Source: Parcubacteria group bacterium (GTDB lineage Bacteria > Patescibacteriota > Patescibacteriia > UBA2169). Taken from it: a stretch of 64,000 nt of DNA. The notes beneath the pieces are model-generated. The model did not search any database, was not told the DNA's origin, and saw only the letters and a program-made list of their open reading frames with translations. Below are positions 55,193-64,000 of this stretch, piece after piece. The translations under genes were made by a program, and so were the position numbers. Within the stretch, counting starts at the first letter, position 1; every line of letters starts with the position of its first letter. The DNA is taken from contig JACOYR010000005.1 in NCBI GenBank assembly GCA_016181765.1, forward strand, positions 18,733-82,732. Direction: 5' to 3'.

Positions 55193-56163
55193 CTGACTCC
55201 TATTTTTTCTCTGACCTCGCGCATGGTTTGTTGCGCGATTTTTTGCGCGGCCTCGGCACCTTCAATCAATATTTCACCGATGCGCTCCCGTTCTTTTTCC
55301 AATGCGGCCCTGCGTTCGCGGATCGGTTTTAGGTGGCTGATGATGGTGTTGGCAACCACGTCTTTTAGGTCAGAGTACTGCAGTGAACCTTTTTTGTGCT
55401 GGCGCTTGAGTTCGTCCGCGAGTTTTTCGCCACCCAATGCCTCAAGAATCGCGAACAAGTTCTCAACCCCGGGAGATTTTTCACGGCCCTCGGTTGCCGT
55501 AACCGCGCACCGGACTTTCTTTTTGATCACCTCATCAGAATCCGAGAGCGCGATGTAGTGCTTGTCTCCGAGGGACTTGGACATTTTTTTTGTTGGGTCG
55601 GATAAAGACATCACGCGCGCCTGCTTGGTCAAAAGCGGTTTTGGTTCGGGGAATAGTTTTCCGAACGCCTTGTTAAATCGGCGGCTAATCACGCGCATCA
55701 GCTCCACGTGCTGGACCTGGTCTTCGCCCACTGGCACCAGGTTTGCTTTGTACAAGAGCACGTCAGCGGCCTGGAGCACGGGGTAGGTGAATAAGCCGGC
55801 ATTGATGTTTTGCTTGTTCTGTTCGGACTTGTCTTTGTACTGCGTCATGCGTTCCAATTCGGCGATCGGCGTCAGTGTATTAAAAATCCACCCTAGCTCC
55901 GTATGTTCCGCAACCTGGGACTGGACGAAGAGCGTTGCTTTTTCCGGATCAATGCCGCACGCCAACAGGTCAAGCGCCAAGCCGCTGATTCGTTCCGGCA
56001 GCTTCTTTGGGTCATACTCAATAGTCATCGCATGGTAGTCCACAATGCAGAATATGGACTCATGCTCATGCTGGAGGTCTGTCCATTGCTTGACCGCGCC
56101 CAGGTAGTTGCCGAGGTGCAGAGCGCCGGTTGGCTGGATTCCGGAGAAGATGAGATTTTTCAT
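55189..56163 (-). CDS. trpS: tryptophan--tRNA ligase
   Basis: class I HIGH-like GIQPTGALHLGNYLGA and KMSKS. Confidence 0.9.
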   Translation of the reverse strand: MKNLIFSGIQPTGALHLGNYLGAVKQWTDLQHEHESIFCIVDYHAMTIEYDPKKLPERISGLALDLLACGIDPEKATLFVQSQVAEHTELGWIFNTLTPIAELERMTQYKDKSEQNKQNINAGLFTYPVLQAADVLLYKANLVPVGEDQVQHVELMRVISRRFNKAFGKLFPEPKPLLTKQARVMSLSDPTKKMSKSLGDKHYIALSDSDEVIKKKVRCAVTATEGREKSPGVENLFAILEALGGEKLADELKRQHKKGSLQYSDLKDVVANTIISHLKPIRERRAALEKERERIGEILIEGAEAAQKIAQQTMREVREKIGVR

Positions 56164-57884
56164 ATGCGTTTACTATACCTTAAGCACCACAGGCAAGACC
56201 ATAGGCTCGCGCTCGGTTTCCTTGAACAGGAATTTGCCCAGATCATCCCGCAGCTTGGCGCGGATTTCGCCCCAGTCTTCGCTCTTTTTGGGCATTTTTT
56301 TCGGTTGCCCATGACCTTGCGGGTTTTGGTGTTGACCTGCACCACGACCACGACCATGCCGTCCGATGCCATGACCTGCCGGTCTTTCAATACCACGTTG
56401 CCCACGTCCCCGACTCCGAGCCCGTCCACGAACACTGGGCTCGTATCCACCTTGGTATCCGTGGCCCGGCCGCCGCGGGAATCAAACTCCGCGATTTGGC
56501 CGTTATCAAGCACCAAGATTTTTTCCGGCTTAAAGCCGTTGTCGCGCGCGAGCTTGGCCGCCTCGCGGAGCATGTAGTGGTATGCGTACACCGGAATGAA
56601 GTAGTCCGGCTTTACGGTATTCAAAATGAATGTGATGTCCTCGCGGTTGCCGTGGCCCGAGACGTGGATGTCCATGAGCTCGCCGTGGATCACGTTGTCG
56701 CTCTGCCGGTAGAGCTCATCCTTGAGCTTCTGGATGGTCGCCTCGTTGCCGGGAATGATGGAGGAGGAGAGGATCACGGTGTCGCTCTTTTTGAGGCGCA
56801 CGTTCTTGTGGCTGCCGGTGATGATGCGGGAGAGCACGGCATTGCCCTCGCCCTGGGCGCCGGTTGCGATGACCACGATTTTGTCGTCCGGAATATCGTC
56901 AATCTGGCTGATTTTAATCAGGGTTCCCTTGCGGGCCTTGATGTACCCGAACGTAGCCGCGATCTCAATGTTCATTTTCATGCTGTACCCGTCCAGCGCG
57001 ACTTTCTTGCCCAGCGCTTCCGCGGCGGCAATGATCCAGCCGATGCGCTCAATCTGCGAGGCGAACGTGCCGATGATGATCCTTCCGGGCGCGGTGCGGA
57101 TCAAGGTTTCCAGGTTTTTTTTCATCTCGTCCTGGGTCCCGCTCTTGCGCACGTCAATGGCGCCGAGAGACTCAAGCATCAGAATGCTCGGCCGCTTGAC
57201 TTTTGCGAGATGCCGGTAGTCAACAATGGGATTGCCGGTTCGGGAATCGCGTTCCAAGGTCCAGTCTCCGGGATGGATGATAGAGCCGGCCGGCGTTTCC
57301 AGAATCACGCCCACCGCGTCCATGATGGAGTGCTCAATCCGGAAGAACGAGACTTTGAACGCGCCGAACGTAAACCGGTCCGAGAGCGATTTGATGGTAA
57401 TGGGCTTGAGCCGGTTGGTTGATTTCGGCTCATAGTCTTCCTGCCGGTGCTTGACCATGGCCAGGGTCAGGGGGCGCCCCACAATGGCGGGGTAGCCGAG
57501 GCGGCCGAGCAGGATGGGGGATGCGCCGATGTGGTCCAAATGCCCGTGCGAGAAAATCACGGCGCGCACGTTCCGCTCCTTTCCCTTCAAGCAGGAGATG
57601 TTGGGGATGATGTAGTCAATGCCGTGCTGGTCCTCTTCCGGGAATTTCAGTCCCATATCCAGGATGATGATGTCATTGCCGTACTCAAATACGGTCATAT
57701 TCTTGCCGACCTCTTCCATGCCGCCGAGCGGGATGATTTTAAGCTTGTTCTGCTTGCCGGCCGCAGTACTTGGGAGTGTGGATGTTTTTTGGCCGCGGCC
57801 GGGCGGCCGCGGAGTAGCGCGGCCGCTCCTTCCGAAGCTTCGCCGGGGGCGGCGTTTTGCTGATTTAAGTTGTGTTGGAGTCAT
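56160..57884 (-). CDS. rnj: ribonuclease J (metallo-beta-lactamase/beta-CASP) with Arg-rich N-terminal extension
   Basis: LKIIPLGGMEEVGKNM, HGHLDHIG, beta-CASP and C-terminal domain. Confidence 0.85.
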   Translation of the reverse strand: MTPTQLKSAKRRPRRSFGRSGRATPRPPGRGQKTSTLPSTAAGKQNKLKIIPLGGMEEVGKNMTVFEYGNDIIILDMGLKFPEEDQHGIDYIIPNISCLKGKERNVRAVIFSHGHLDHIGASPILLGRLGYPAIVGRPLTLAMVKHRQEDYEPKSTNRLKPITIKSLSDRFTFGAFKVSFFRIEHSIMDAVGVILETPAGSIIHPGDWTLERDSRTGNPIVDYRHLAKVKRPSILMLESLGAIDVRKSGTQDEMKKNLETLIRTAPGRIIIGTFASQIERIGWIIAAAEALGKKVALDGYSMKMNIEIAATFGYIKARKGTLIKISQIDDIPDDKIVVIATGAQGEGNAVLSRIITGSHKNVRLKKSDTVILSSSIIPGNEATIQKLKDELYRQSDNVIHGELMDIHVSGHGNREDITFILNTVKPDYFIPVYAYHYMLREAAKLARDNGFKPEKILVLDNGQIAEFDSRGGRATDTKVDTSPVFVDGLGVGDVGNVVLKDRQVMASDGMVVVVVQVNTKTRKVMGNRKKCPKRAKTGAKSAPSCGMIWANSCSRKPSASLWSCLWCLRYSKRI

Positions 57885-57899
57885 GTTTTGCCTAACTGA

Positions 57900-58475
57900 T
57901 TATTTAATGGTGTCCGCGACCACGGCGCTCATGGAGGCCGGGAACGCGACAATGATGGTGCGCTTGAGAGTGAGTATGAAATCCATTGACCAAGGTCCCA
58001 CTTCAATCACCGAGAGCAAGCCCGCGACCACGAGCAGAGAGAAGAAGTAGGTTGAGAGCACGCGCTTTACATACTCGTCCCAATGCTCGGTGAACGTGCC
58101 GCGGTAGTAGTTGTAGTACACGAACGTGCCGATGAAAATAATGGAAATCACGGCGAGGATCGCGATGCGCGAGGCGGGCAGCTCGTTGGCAAGCCTCCAT
58201 GATTCCTCGGAGAGCCCCACGGGCGCCGCAAGGATAGTGGCTCCGATCACGACCTGCAGCAGGTCTTTGAGCAGGAATTCGGTCCGCAAAGGGTTGGTGG
58301 CGCGGCGCAGAATATCCTGCACCTCGTCGCCGACGGCGCGGGCAACGTCCAGGGGCAGGGTTGCCACGTCCTTGATGGTGCCTGCAACAGCTCCGGCGGC
58401 TTCGGCCATGGTTTCGGTGACTGACGAGAGGTTGAGAGAGGAGGCAGGGCTGCTTTTTTGTTTTGCTTTTGGCAT
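57900..58475 (-). CDS. hypothetical membrane protein (191 aa)
   Basis: 3-4 TM helices. Confidence 0.4.
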   Translation of the reverse strand: MPKAKQKSSPASSLNLSSVTETMAEAAGAVAGTIKDVATLPLDVARAVGDEVQDILRRATNPLRTEFLLKDLLQVVIGATILAAPVGLSEESWRLANELPASRIAILAVISIIFIGTFVYYNYYRGTFTEHWDEYVKRVLSTYFFSLLVVAGLLSVIEVGPWSMDFILTLKRTIIVAFPASMSAVVADTIK

Positions 58476-58508
58476 AGATGATGGTGTGATAATTTGAAAA
58501 AATTAATG

Positions 58509-58595
58509 GTGGTGCCGGAGGGGAGACTTGAACTCCCACCCTGCAAGCAGGACAGCGCTCTGAACGCTGCGTGTCTACCAGTTTCACCACTCCGG
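58509..58595 (-). tRNA. tRNA-Leu (anticodon CAG), class II long variable arm, CCA encoded
   Basis: acceptor GCCGGAG/CUCCGGC, anticodon loop UUCAGAG, variable arm UCCUGCUUGCAGGGU, T-loop UUCAAGU. Confidence 0.75.
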
Positions 58596-58604
58596 CGCGT
58601 CGTT

Positions 58605-60512
58605 TTAGAATTGCAGACGTTTTTTGGTTTTGATGTACCAGGAGGCGATGTTTGAGAACCGGTCCGAGGGATGGTTGATGCGTTCCGTGGCAATCCCCTT
58701 GAGGTTGCCCGGAGTCAGGTAGGTGTACTGGAGGCTGTACAGGAAGATGGCCGGAACATCATCTGAAACTTGTTTTTGGAACGTCGCATACTTTTCTTCG
58801 CGCGTTTTAGGGTCGCTGGTTTTACGGGCGTCTTCCAGGAGCGCGTCCACTGCCTTGTTCTGGTACAACGCAAGGTTCAGCCCCGGGTCATTGGCCTGGG
58901 ACGAGTGCCAGAACGGGTAGGGGTCCGGGTCTTTTCCGATGATCTGGCCGAACAAGAGCACTTCGTACGCGCGCGGCTTGATGACGTCTTTCTGGATGCT
59001 TGCGACCTCAACGATGTTGAGGTTCACTTTGACGCCGATGCCCTGCCAGAGATCGCGGAGCGTTTCCGCCACAATGATTGAATCTTCGCGCTGGATGGCG
59101 GTCAAGGTCAGGCTAAGCTCGGCGTTGTTTTTTTGGCGCGTGTACGGCGGCCGGGTTTGGTCCGGCGCGCCCAGGGTTGCGCTGCCCCGCGTCACGGCCG
59201 GCCCTGCAGCGCCTCCATCATCCGTTGCGATGCGCTTCCACCCCGCATCATCCAAAAGCTTTTCCGCCTGGGCCGGGTCAAACAGGGTTCCGGAGGCTCT
59301 TTCCGTGTACCCGAGCATGCCCGGGAGAATGGGCCCTGCCACGGGAAGCGCCTCTCCTCCGAACGCGTTATCAATGATTTCCCGTTTGCTGGTTGCGAGG
59401 GAGAGGGCCAGGCGCACGTTTTTTTCTTTCAGGGCCGCGTTTGCTTCCTGGTTAAAGAAGAGGGCTGTGTACTGGGGCAGCGAGAATTTGTGGACTGCCG
59501 CCTGGCCGGTTGCTGACGTGGTCTGGTGCTGGGGCAGGAACCCGATACCGTCCACGTTGCCGTCCCCGAATGCGGCGTACGCTTCTTCAAAGCTCCCGAA
59601 GAACTTCAGCGCCACCTTCTCGACGAACGGCCCCTCGTTGTAGTAGCCGCTGAACCGTTTGAGCCGGTACTCCTTGATGTTGCCGTTCCGGTCTTTTATG
59701 AACTGGTCAAACCGGTAGGGGCCGCTTCCGACTGGCTTGAGGTTCAGTTCCGCGAGGATCGCGTGGGCCGGGTCAATATTTGACCAGAGGTGTTCGGGCA
59801 GGATCCCGAAGGTCATGACCGAGAGGAACGGGGCAAACGGCTCCGCGAGCGTAAAGCTTATAGTGTATTCGTCAATTGCCTGGGCGCGCACGTTGCGGAA
59901 AGTCGCATACAGCGGACTCTTGAATGCGGGGTCCTGGATGCTCTGTACCGTGAATGCGACGTCCCGGGTGGTCAGGGGCTCTCCGTCGTGCCAGCGCACA
60001 TTGGGCCGCAGGGTGACGGTATACGTGGTTTGGGATTCGTCAATACTGTAGGATTCAGCAAGATCAGGCACCAGGCTTCCGTTTTCATCCAGCTTCATCA
60101 GGCTTCCGAACACGAGCCGCGCGATGTCCTGGTCAACGTCATTGGTTTGCGCGAACAGGGGGTTTATGTACGTTGGCGCGCCAACGGCCGCTTCCGCGTA
60201 TTCGCCGCCGTGTGCGGGCTTGCGCACCAAATTGTTTTGGTAGAGCAGGACGCCGAGCGCCAGAGAAGACGCGAGGGCCAGGAAGAGCGCTGTCTTTGTG
60301 GCGAGGAGTTCGGTGGGGCTGTAGAACTTGGTGAGATACTTGAGCTGGGTGAGGTTGGGAACGCGCTTCTCGGCGATGACTTCAAACACAAAATCCTGGT
60401 CCGTTTTTTCGGTAAGCGAACGCGCTCCCCTGCGTGAGAGTTTTTTAGCGATAGAACTGAAGTAATCGGCAATGCCAGATGCAAGAGAAGCGCCAATCAT
60501 AACATGCGCCAA
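58605..60512 (-). CDS. ABC transporter substrate-binding protein, family 5 (peptide/Opp/Dpp-like), N-terminal TM anchor
   Basis: SBP_bac_5-like length and motifs; 635 aa. Confidence 0.75.
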   Translation of the reverse strand: MAHVMIGASLASGIADYFSSIAKKLSRRGARSLTEKTDQDFVFEVIAEKRVPNLTQLKYLTKFYSPTELLATKTALFLALASSLALGVLLYQNNLVRKPAHGGEYAEAAVGAPTYINPLFAQTNDVDQDIARLVFGSLMKLDENGSLVPDLAESYSIDESQTTYTVTLRPNVRWHDGEPLTTRDVAFTVQSIQDPAFKSPLYATFRNVRAQAIDEYTISFTLAEPFAPFLSVMTFGILPEHLWSNIDPAHAILAELNLKPVGSGPYRFDQFIKDRNGNIKEYRLKRFSGYYNEGPFVEKVALKFFGSFEEAYAAFGDGNVDGIGFLPQHQTTSATGQAAVHKFSLPQYTALFFNQEANAALKEKNVRLALSLATSKREIIDNAFGGEALPVAGPILPGMLGYTERASGTLFDPAQAEKLLDDAGWKRIATDDGGAAGPAVTRGSATLGAPDQTRPPYTRQKNNAELSLTLTAIQREDSIIVAETLRDLWQGIGVKVNLNIVEVASIQKDVIKPRAYEVLLFGQIIGKDPDPYPFWHSSQANDPGLNLALYQNKAVDALLEDARKTSDPKTREEKYATFQKQVSDDVPAIFLYSLQYTYLTPGNLKGIATERINHPSDRFSNIASWYIKTKKRLQF

Positions 60513-60533
60513 ACGAGCCGCGTCCTTTTGTAA

Positions 60534-60749
60534 TTAGACGATGAAGATGTCTGCTGCGAGCAGACCGAAGAAGATGAGTGCGAACACGATGGTGGCGATA
60601 TGGAGCACCTTTTCGCCGCCCCGTTTTTTAGTCCGGTACATATTTCCGCCGCCGCCGAAAGCCGCGCCCAGGCCGGTCCCTTTCTGTTGCATCAGGATGG
60701 CGGTGATGAGCAAAACTGCGAATATGACTTGAAGAATCTGGAGTAGCAT
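60534..60749 (-). CDS. secG: preprotein translocase subunit SecG
   Basis: 71 aa, two TM helices with Gly-rich loop LMQQKGTGLGAAFGGGG. Confidence 0.8.
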   Translation of the reverse strand: MLLQILQVIFAVLLITAILMQQKGTGLGAAFGGGGNMYRTKKRGGEKVLHIATIVFALIFFGLLAADIFIV

Positions 60750-60829
60750 GAATGGCTTACATAGTAGCAGAAAGAGGGTGTTTGTGTCAAATCTTTGTGC
60801 ACCCCATTATTTATAGGTATACTGGCAGT

Positions 60830-62986
60830 ATGCAAAATTTATTAAGCGAACTCAATGAGCGCCAGGCGCAGGCCGTACAAGCAACGGACGGGCCGGTGTT
60901 GGTTATCGCAGGAGCGGGATCAGGCAAGACCAAGACCTTAACGCACCGCATCGCGTACCTGGTTACCGAAAAGGGAATCAAGCCGCACCAGATTCTGGCG
61001 GTGACGTTCACGAACAAGGCGGCTGATGAGATGCGCAACCGCGCGGCCAAGCTCTTGGGCGCCAAGCCAAACCAGTGGAAGACCTGGCAAGGTTTCGGGT
61101 CTGGCCCTGCTTTGGGCACGTTCCACGCGATTTGCGTCCGAATCTTGCGGCAGGAGGCCGGGCGCGTGGGATTTAAGCGCGAGTTTGCCATCTATGACAC
61201 CGACGAGCAGAAGAGCGCCATCAAAAAGGTCATGTACAACGAGGGCGTTTCACCTAAAGACGTAAATCCGAATGCCGTGCTCAACATCATCAGCCGCGCC
61301 AAAAACGAGCTTCTCACTCCGTCAAAGTTTGCCAATCAAACCGACGGGCCGTTTGAGGAGATTGTTGCGGGCCTCTATGAAAACTATCAAGAGTATCTCA
61401 AAGAAAACCAGGCAATGGATTTTGATGACCTGTTGTTCAACGCCGTCACCTTGTTCAAGAAGCATCCGGAAGTGCTCACCTCATATCAAAAAAGATGGCC
61501 GTACATCATGATTGATGAATACCAGGACACGAACCAGAGCCAGTACGAGTGGGCGCGGCTCTTGGCCGGCAAAACCAAAAATATTTTCGTGGTGGGTGAT
61601 GATTGGCAGGGCATCTACTCCTGGCGTGGGGCAAACATCCGCAATATCTTGGAGTTTGAAAAAGATTACAAGGGAGCGCAGACCATTCTCTTGGAACAGA
61701 ACTATCGCTCAACCGCGCCTATCGTTGCCCTGGGCAACGCGATTATTTCGGGCAACGCATCGCGGATGAAGAAGAAGCTCTGGACCGACCGCGAGAAAGG
61801 CGCAACACCCGAGGTGTGGCAGGTGGAGAACGAGAGCCGGGAAGCGGAAAAGGTTTTGGAGAAGGTGTGCGAGCTGGAGGGGCTTGCGGCTCCGGCGCAA
61901 AAGCTTCCGGACCAGGAGGAAGAAGAAGTCACATATGACTACGCGGCAGAGGGGAACGGTTCCGGCATTCTTGACCAGATCATGAAAGGCTTTAAGGCGG
62001 GCAAGCGCACGTACCGCAGTGGAGACATGCGTTTGCAGCCGTCAAAAATCATTCCCTTTGACCTGGGAACGAGAAAACTGGCCTGGAACGATTACGTGGT
62101 CCTGTACCGCACCAATGCGCAGTCGCGCGTGCTGGAGGAGGCCATGCTGCGCTACGGCGTGCCCTACCGCTTGGTCGGCGGCATCCGGTTCTACGACCGC
62201 AAGGAGGTCAAAGACACGCTCGCGTACCTCAAATTTTTGCTGAACCCGAATGACGTGCTTGCCCTGGAGCGCATCATCAACGAGCCGGTGCGCGGCATCG
62301 GCAACAAGACATTGGGCACGGTGTACACGCAGGCTCGGTCCGAGGGCAAGGATATTGTGGCCTGCGTTTTGGAGAGCGAATCAATTGAGGGCCTAGCCTT
62401 GAGTCGGCTTGAGGCGTTCAAAGCGTTTGCGGACGTGTTTTCGCGCGGCCAGGAATCATTGCCCGAGATGACGGTGGCCGAGGCAATTGATTTTTTGCTC
62501 AAGCGCTCCGGGTACATTGATGCTTTGAAAGCTTTAGGCAATGACGGGAATGACAAGTTGGAGAATGTGGCTGAACTTAAGTCTGTTGCCAAAAAGTTCG
62601 CTTCCCTAAAGGGTTCGGAAGGAGTTCAGGCGTTTTTGGAAGATGTTGCTTTGGTTTCGGACCAAGATACGTTTGATCCTGAATCCGGGCAAGCCATCAC
62701 CCTCATGACCTTGCACAGCGCAAAAGGCTTGGAGTTCAAGAATGTGTTTCTGGTTGGCATGGAAGAGGGCCTGCTGCCGCACGCAAATTCCATGATTGAC
62801 CCGCAACAATTGGAAGAGGAGCGCAGGCTGTGCTATGTGGGTATCACGCGCGCCAAGGACCGCTTGTTCATGCTGCTTGCGCGCTCTCGCACCATTTACG
62901 GGTCAGTCAGCATCACCACGCCCTCCCGCTTTATCGCTGAACTGGGTGATGAGCATGTGGAGTTTTTTGAAGATGGCGAATCTTGA
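60830..62986 (+). CDS. pcrA: ATP-dependent DNA helicase PcrA/UvrD (SF1)
   Basis: LNERQAQAV...GAGSGKTKTLTHRIAYL, DEYQDTNQSQY, ...VGITRAKDRLF. Confidence 0.9.
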   Translation: MQNLLSELNERQAQAVQATDGPVLVIAGAGSGKTKTLTHRIAYLVTEKGIKPHQILAVTFTNKAADEMRNRAAKLLGAKPNQWKTWQGFGSGPALGTFHAICVRILRQEAGRVGFKREFAIYDTDEQKSAIKKVMYNEGVSPKDVNPNAVLNIISRAKNELLTPSKFANQTDGPFEEIVAGLYENYQEYLKENQAMDFDDLLFNAVTLFKKHPEVLTSYQKRWPYIMIDEYQDTNQSQYEWARLLAGKTKNIFVVGDDWQGIYSWRGANIRNILEFEKDYKGAQTILLEQNYRSTAPIVALGNAIISGNASRMKKKLWTDREKGATPEVWQVENESREAEKVLEKVCELEGLAAPAQKLPDQEEEEVTYDYAAEGNGSGILDQIMKGFKAGKRTYRSGDMRLQPSKIIPFDLGTRKLAWNDYVVLYRTNAQSRVLEEAMLRYGVPYRLVGGIRFYDRKEVKDTLAYLKFLLNPNDVLALERIINEPVRGIGNKTLGTVYTQARSEGKDIVACVLESESIEGLALSRLEAFKAFADVFSRGQESLPEMTVAEAIDFLLKRSGYIDALKALGNDGNDKLENVAELKSVAKKFASLKGSEGVQAFLEDVALVSDQDTFDPESGQAITLMTLHSAKGLEFKNVFLVGMEEGLLPHANSMIDPQQLEEERRLCYVGITRAKDRLFMLLARSRTIYGSVSITTPSRFIAELGDEHVEFFEDGES

Positions 62987-63141
62987 TAGGAGTTGCTAAG
63001 CGGCGTGGACGCTCCTTTGCGGCCGCGACGCTCTATTGACAGGATGTTATTGATGTGGTAAAAAGTAGTGTTCGCAACCACGAACGAGAAGTTTCTTTGA
63101 AAACCCATGTCCGGCCGCATGGCCGGACGCAACCGCGAGGT

Positions 63142-64000
63142 ATGAGGAAATGGCAGGCGAGTATCAGGGTCCGCTGACCGTTGCGTTGTTGGAGAAGAGC
63201 GATGATGAGATCGCGCAGATCATCGCAGGGTTGCCGGGTGACGCGGAGATCGTCGCAACGCCACTGATGGACGAGCTGATATACCGGCGCAAGGACTACA
63301 GTCGCGGCATTGACATCTGCGAGCGAGCCATCTCGAGCGGCGCGGCTTCTCCTCTGCGGGTCGCTCAACTCCAGATCGCCATAGCCAACCTCAAGCGCCG
63401 TCGGCCGGAGGCGGCGGGCCGCGAGCTTGAAATCCAATGGTGGATGCGGCAAGCTGCCGCCCTGTTCGGTCCTATGGATATGAACGCGCCGGGTGTCCGT
63501 AGGACCGTCATCATGTGGCATTACAACCATGCGTTGCTGTGCCGACTCGCTGGCGATTTTGAAGGAGAGGCCGAGCATCACCGCGCGATCGGCAACATCG
63601 CGGAGGACGAGTTCAGCCGCAACAACGCGGCATACATGGCAGAGTTCGCCATGATGCTGCACTACGTCAAGGAAGGCACTGCCACGGACGAGATGTGGCA
63701 TGACTTTCTAGACGCAGGCGATGCGTACCGCGCCACGCTGGACAGCAATGTTCCACGCGAGGCCCAGTGGATGGCCAATGAGTGGGGGCACCGGATCCAG
63801 GTGGTAATCCTCTTTGGTGAACGTTTGGATACCGACCTGGTCTTCAATTGGCTGGACGACGGATACAGCGAGTTGGATGACTTGCTGGAACGGGGCGTTC
63901 CAGGGAGCGCCCGCTTTGCCTTGCGGCTCATGACTGCCCTGACTCTTTTGTGCGACGCGCACGAGAGAATGGCGCTCCGCGAGGCGGAAAGTGTCATGAG
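63142..64000 (+). CDS. hypothetical protein, 3'-truncated by window end (286+ aa)
   Basis: hand-translated ORF MAGEYQGPLTVALLEKSDDEIAQII... open to window end with GAGG SD; absent from ORF track probably because no stop is in the window. Confidence 0.4.

Noticed and set aside
63033-63701. 222-aa minus-strand ORF at the window end
   Set aside because: It overlaps a better plus-strand ORF (63142 to window end) that has an SD and protein-like composition. The minus ORF is R/P/A-rich shadow.

Overview
This is a bacterial chromosomal window of about 60% GC. Most of it is housekeeping genes: the 3' two-thirds of rpoC, pyrB, a trmD-KH-rpsP-smc-rnc cluster, nusB, rpmF, dnaA, a PilB/GspE ATPase, valS, tsaD, rlmE, hsp20, ruvB, folD, glyA, trpS, RNase J, secG and pcrA/uvrD. 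Several accessory segments sit between them.

The RNA genes include a minus-strand 16S rRNA at about 20779-22186. Its 5' and 3' ends and its 515F site diverge from the universal sequences, and it apparently lacks about 88 nt relative to E. coli. Four tRNA genes lie directly downstream of it, and no 23S gene is in the window. One of these tRNAs is about 240 nt long and carries an insertion with group I (Azoarcus-type IC3) intron core motifs. Elsewhere there are tRNA-Glu, tRNA-Cys and tRNA-Leu(CAG). All the tRNAs encode CCA, except that tRNA-Glu(UUC) has an ACC 3' end and does not encode CCA.

The main accessory content is as follows.
1. A tightly packed plus-strand operon of about 16 genes at 9.7-19.7 kb combines a CsoR repressor, a CPH-type P1B ATPase, DUF411, a CcdA/DsbD-like protein, a TlpA-like thioredoxin, a DUF2933-like His-rich peptide and many uncharacterised membrane proteins. 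I read it as a copper/thiol-redox island.
2. An island between valS and tsaD carries an AbiEii-like nucleotidyltransferase, a translationally coupled five-gene operon in which a PEP-synthase/rifampin-phosphotransferase-like enzyme is split into three ORFs (the third is a frameshifted paralog), and a HigB/HigA module bounded by a relic copy of the PEP gene's 3' end.
3. An AT-rich islet after rpoC carries an autoinhibited Fic protein, a leaderless AbrB-like small gene coupled to a membrane-anchored SNase-like nuclease, and a glycosylase with no cysteines in its C-terminal region, hence no Fe-S cluster motif.

Two repeat families are notable. A structured element of about 70 nt occurs in three copies in the 5' leaders of tRNA genes and shows compensatory stem changes between copies. 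A nested hairpin with a conserved CCGAG-GCGTAA-CTCGG core lies immediately downstream of both dnaA and the phosphomannomutase gene. No CRISPR array or transposase was seen.

Every assignment is from reading the sequence; nothing was searched, aligned or folded.
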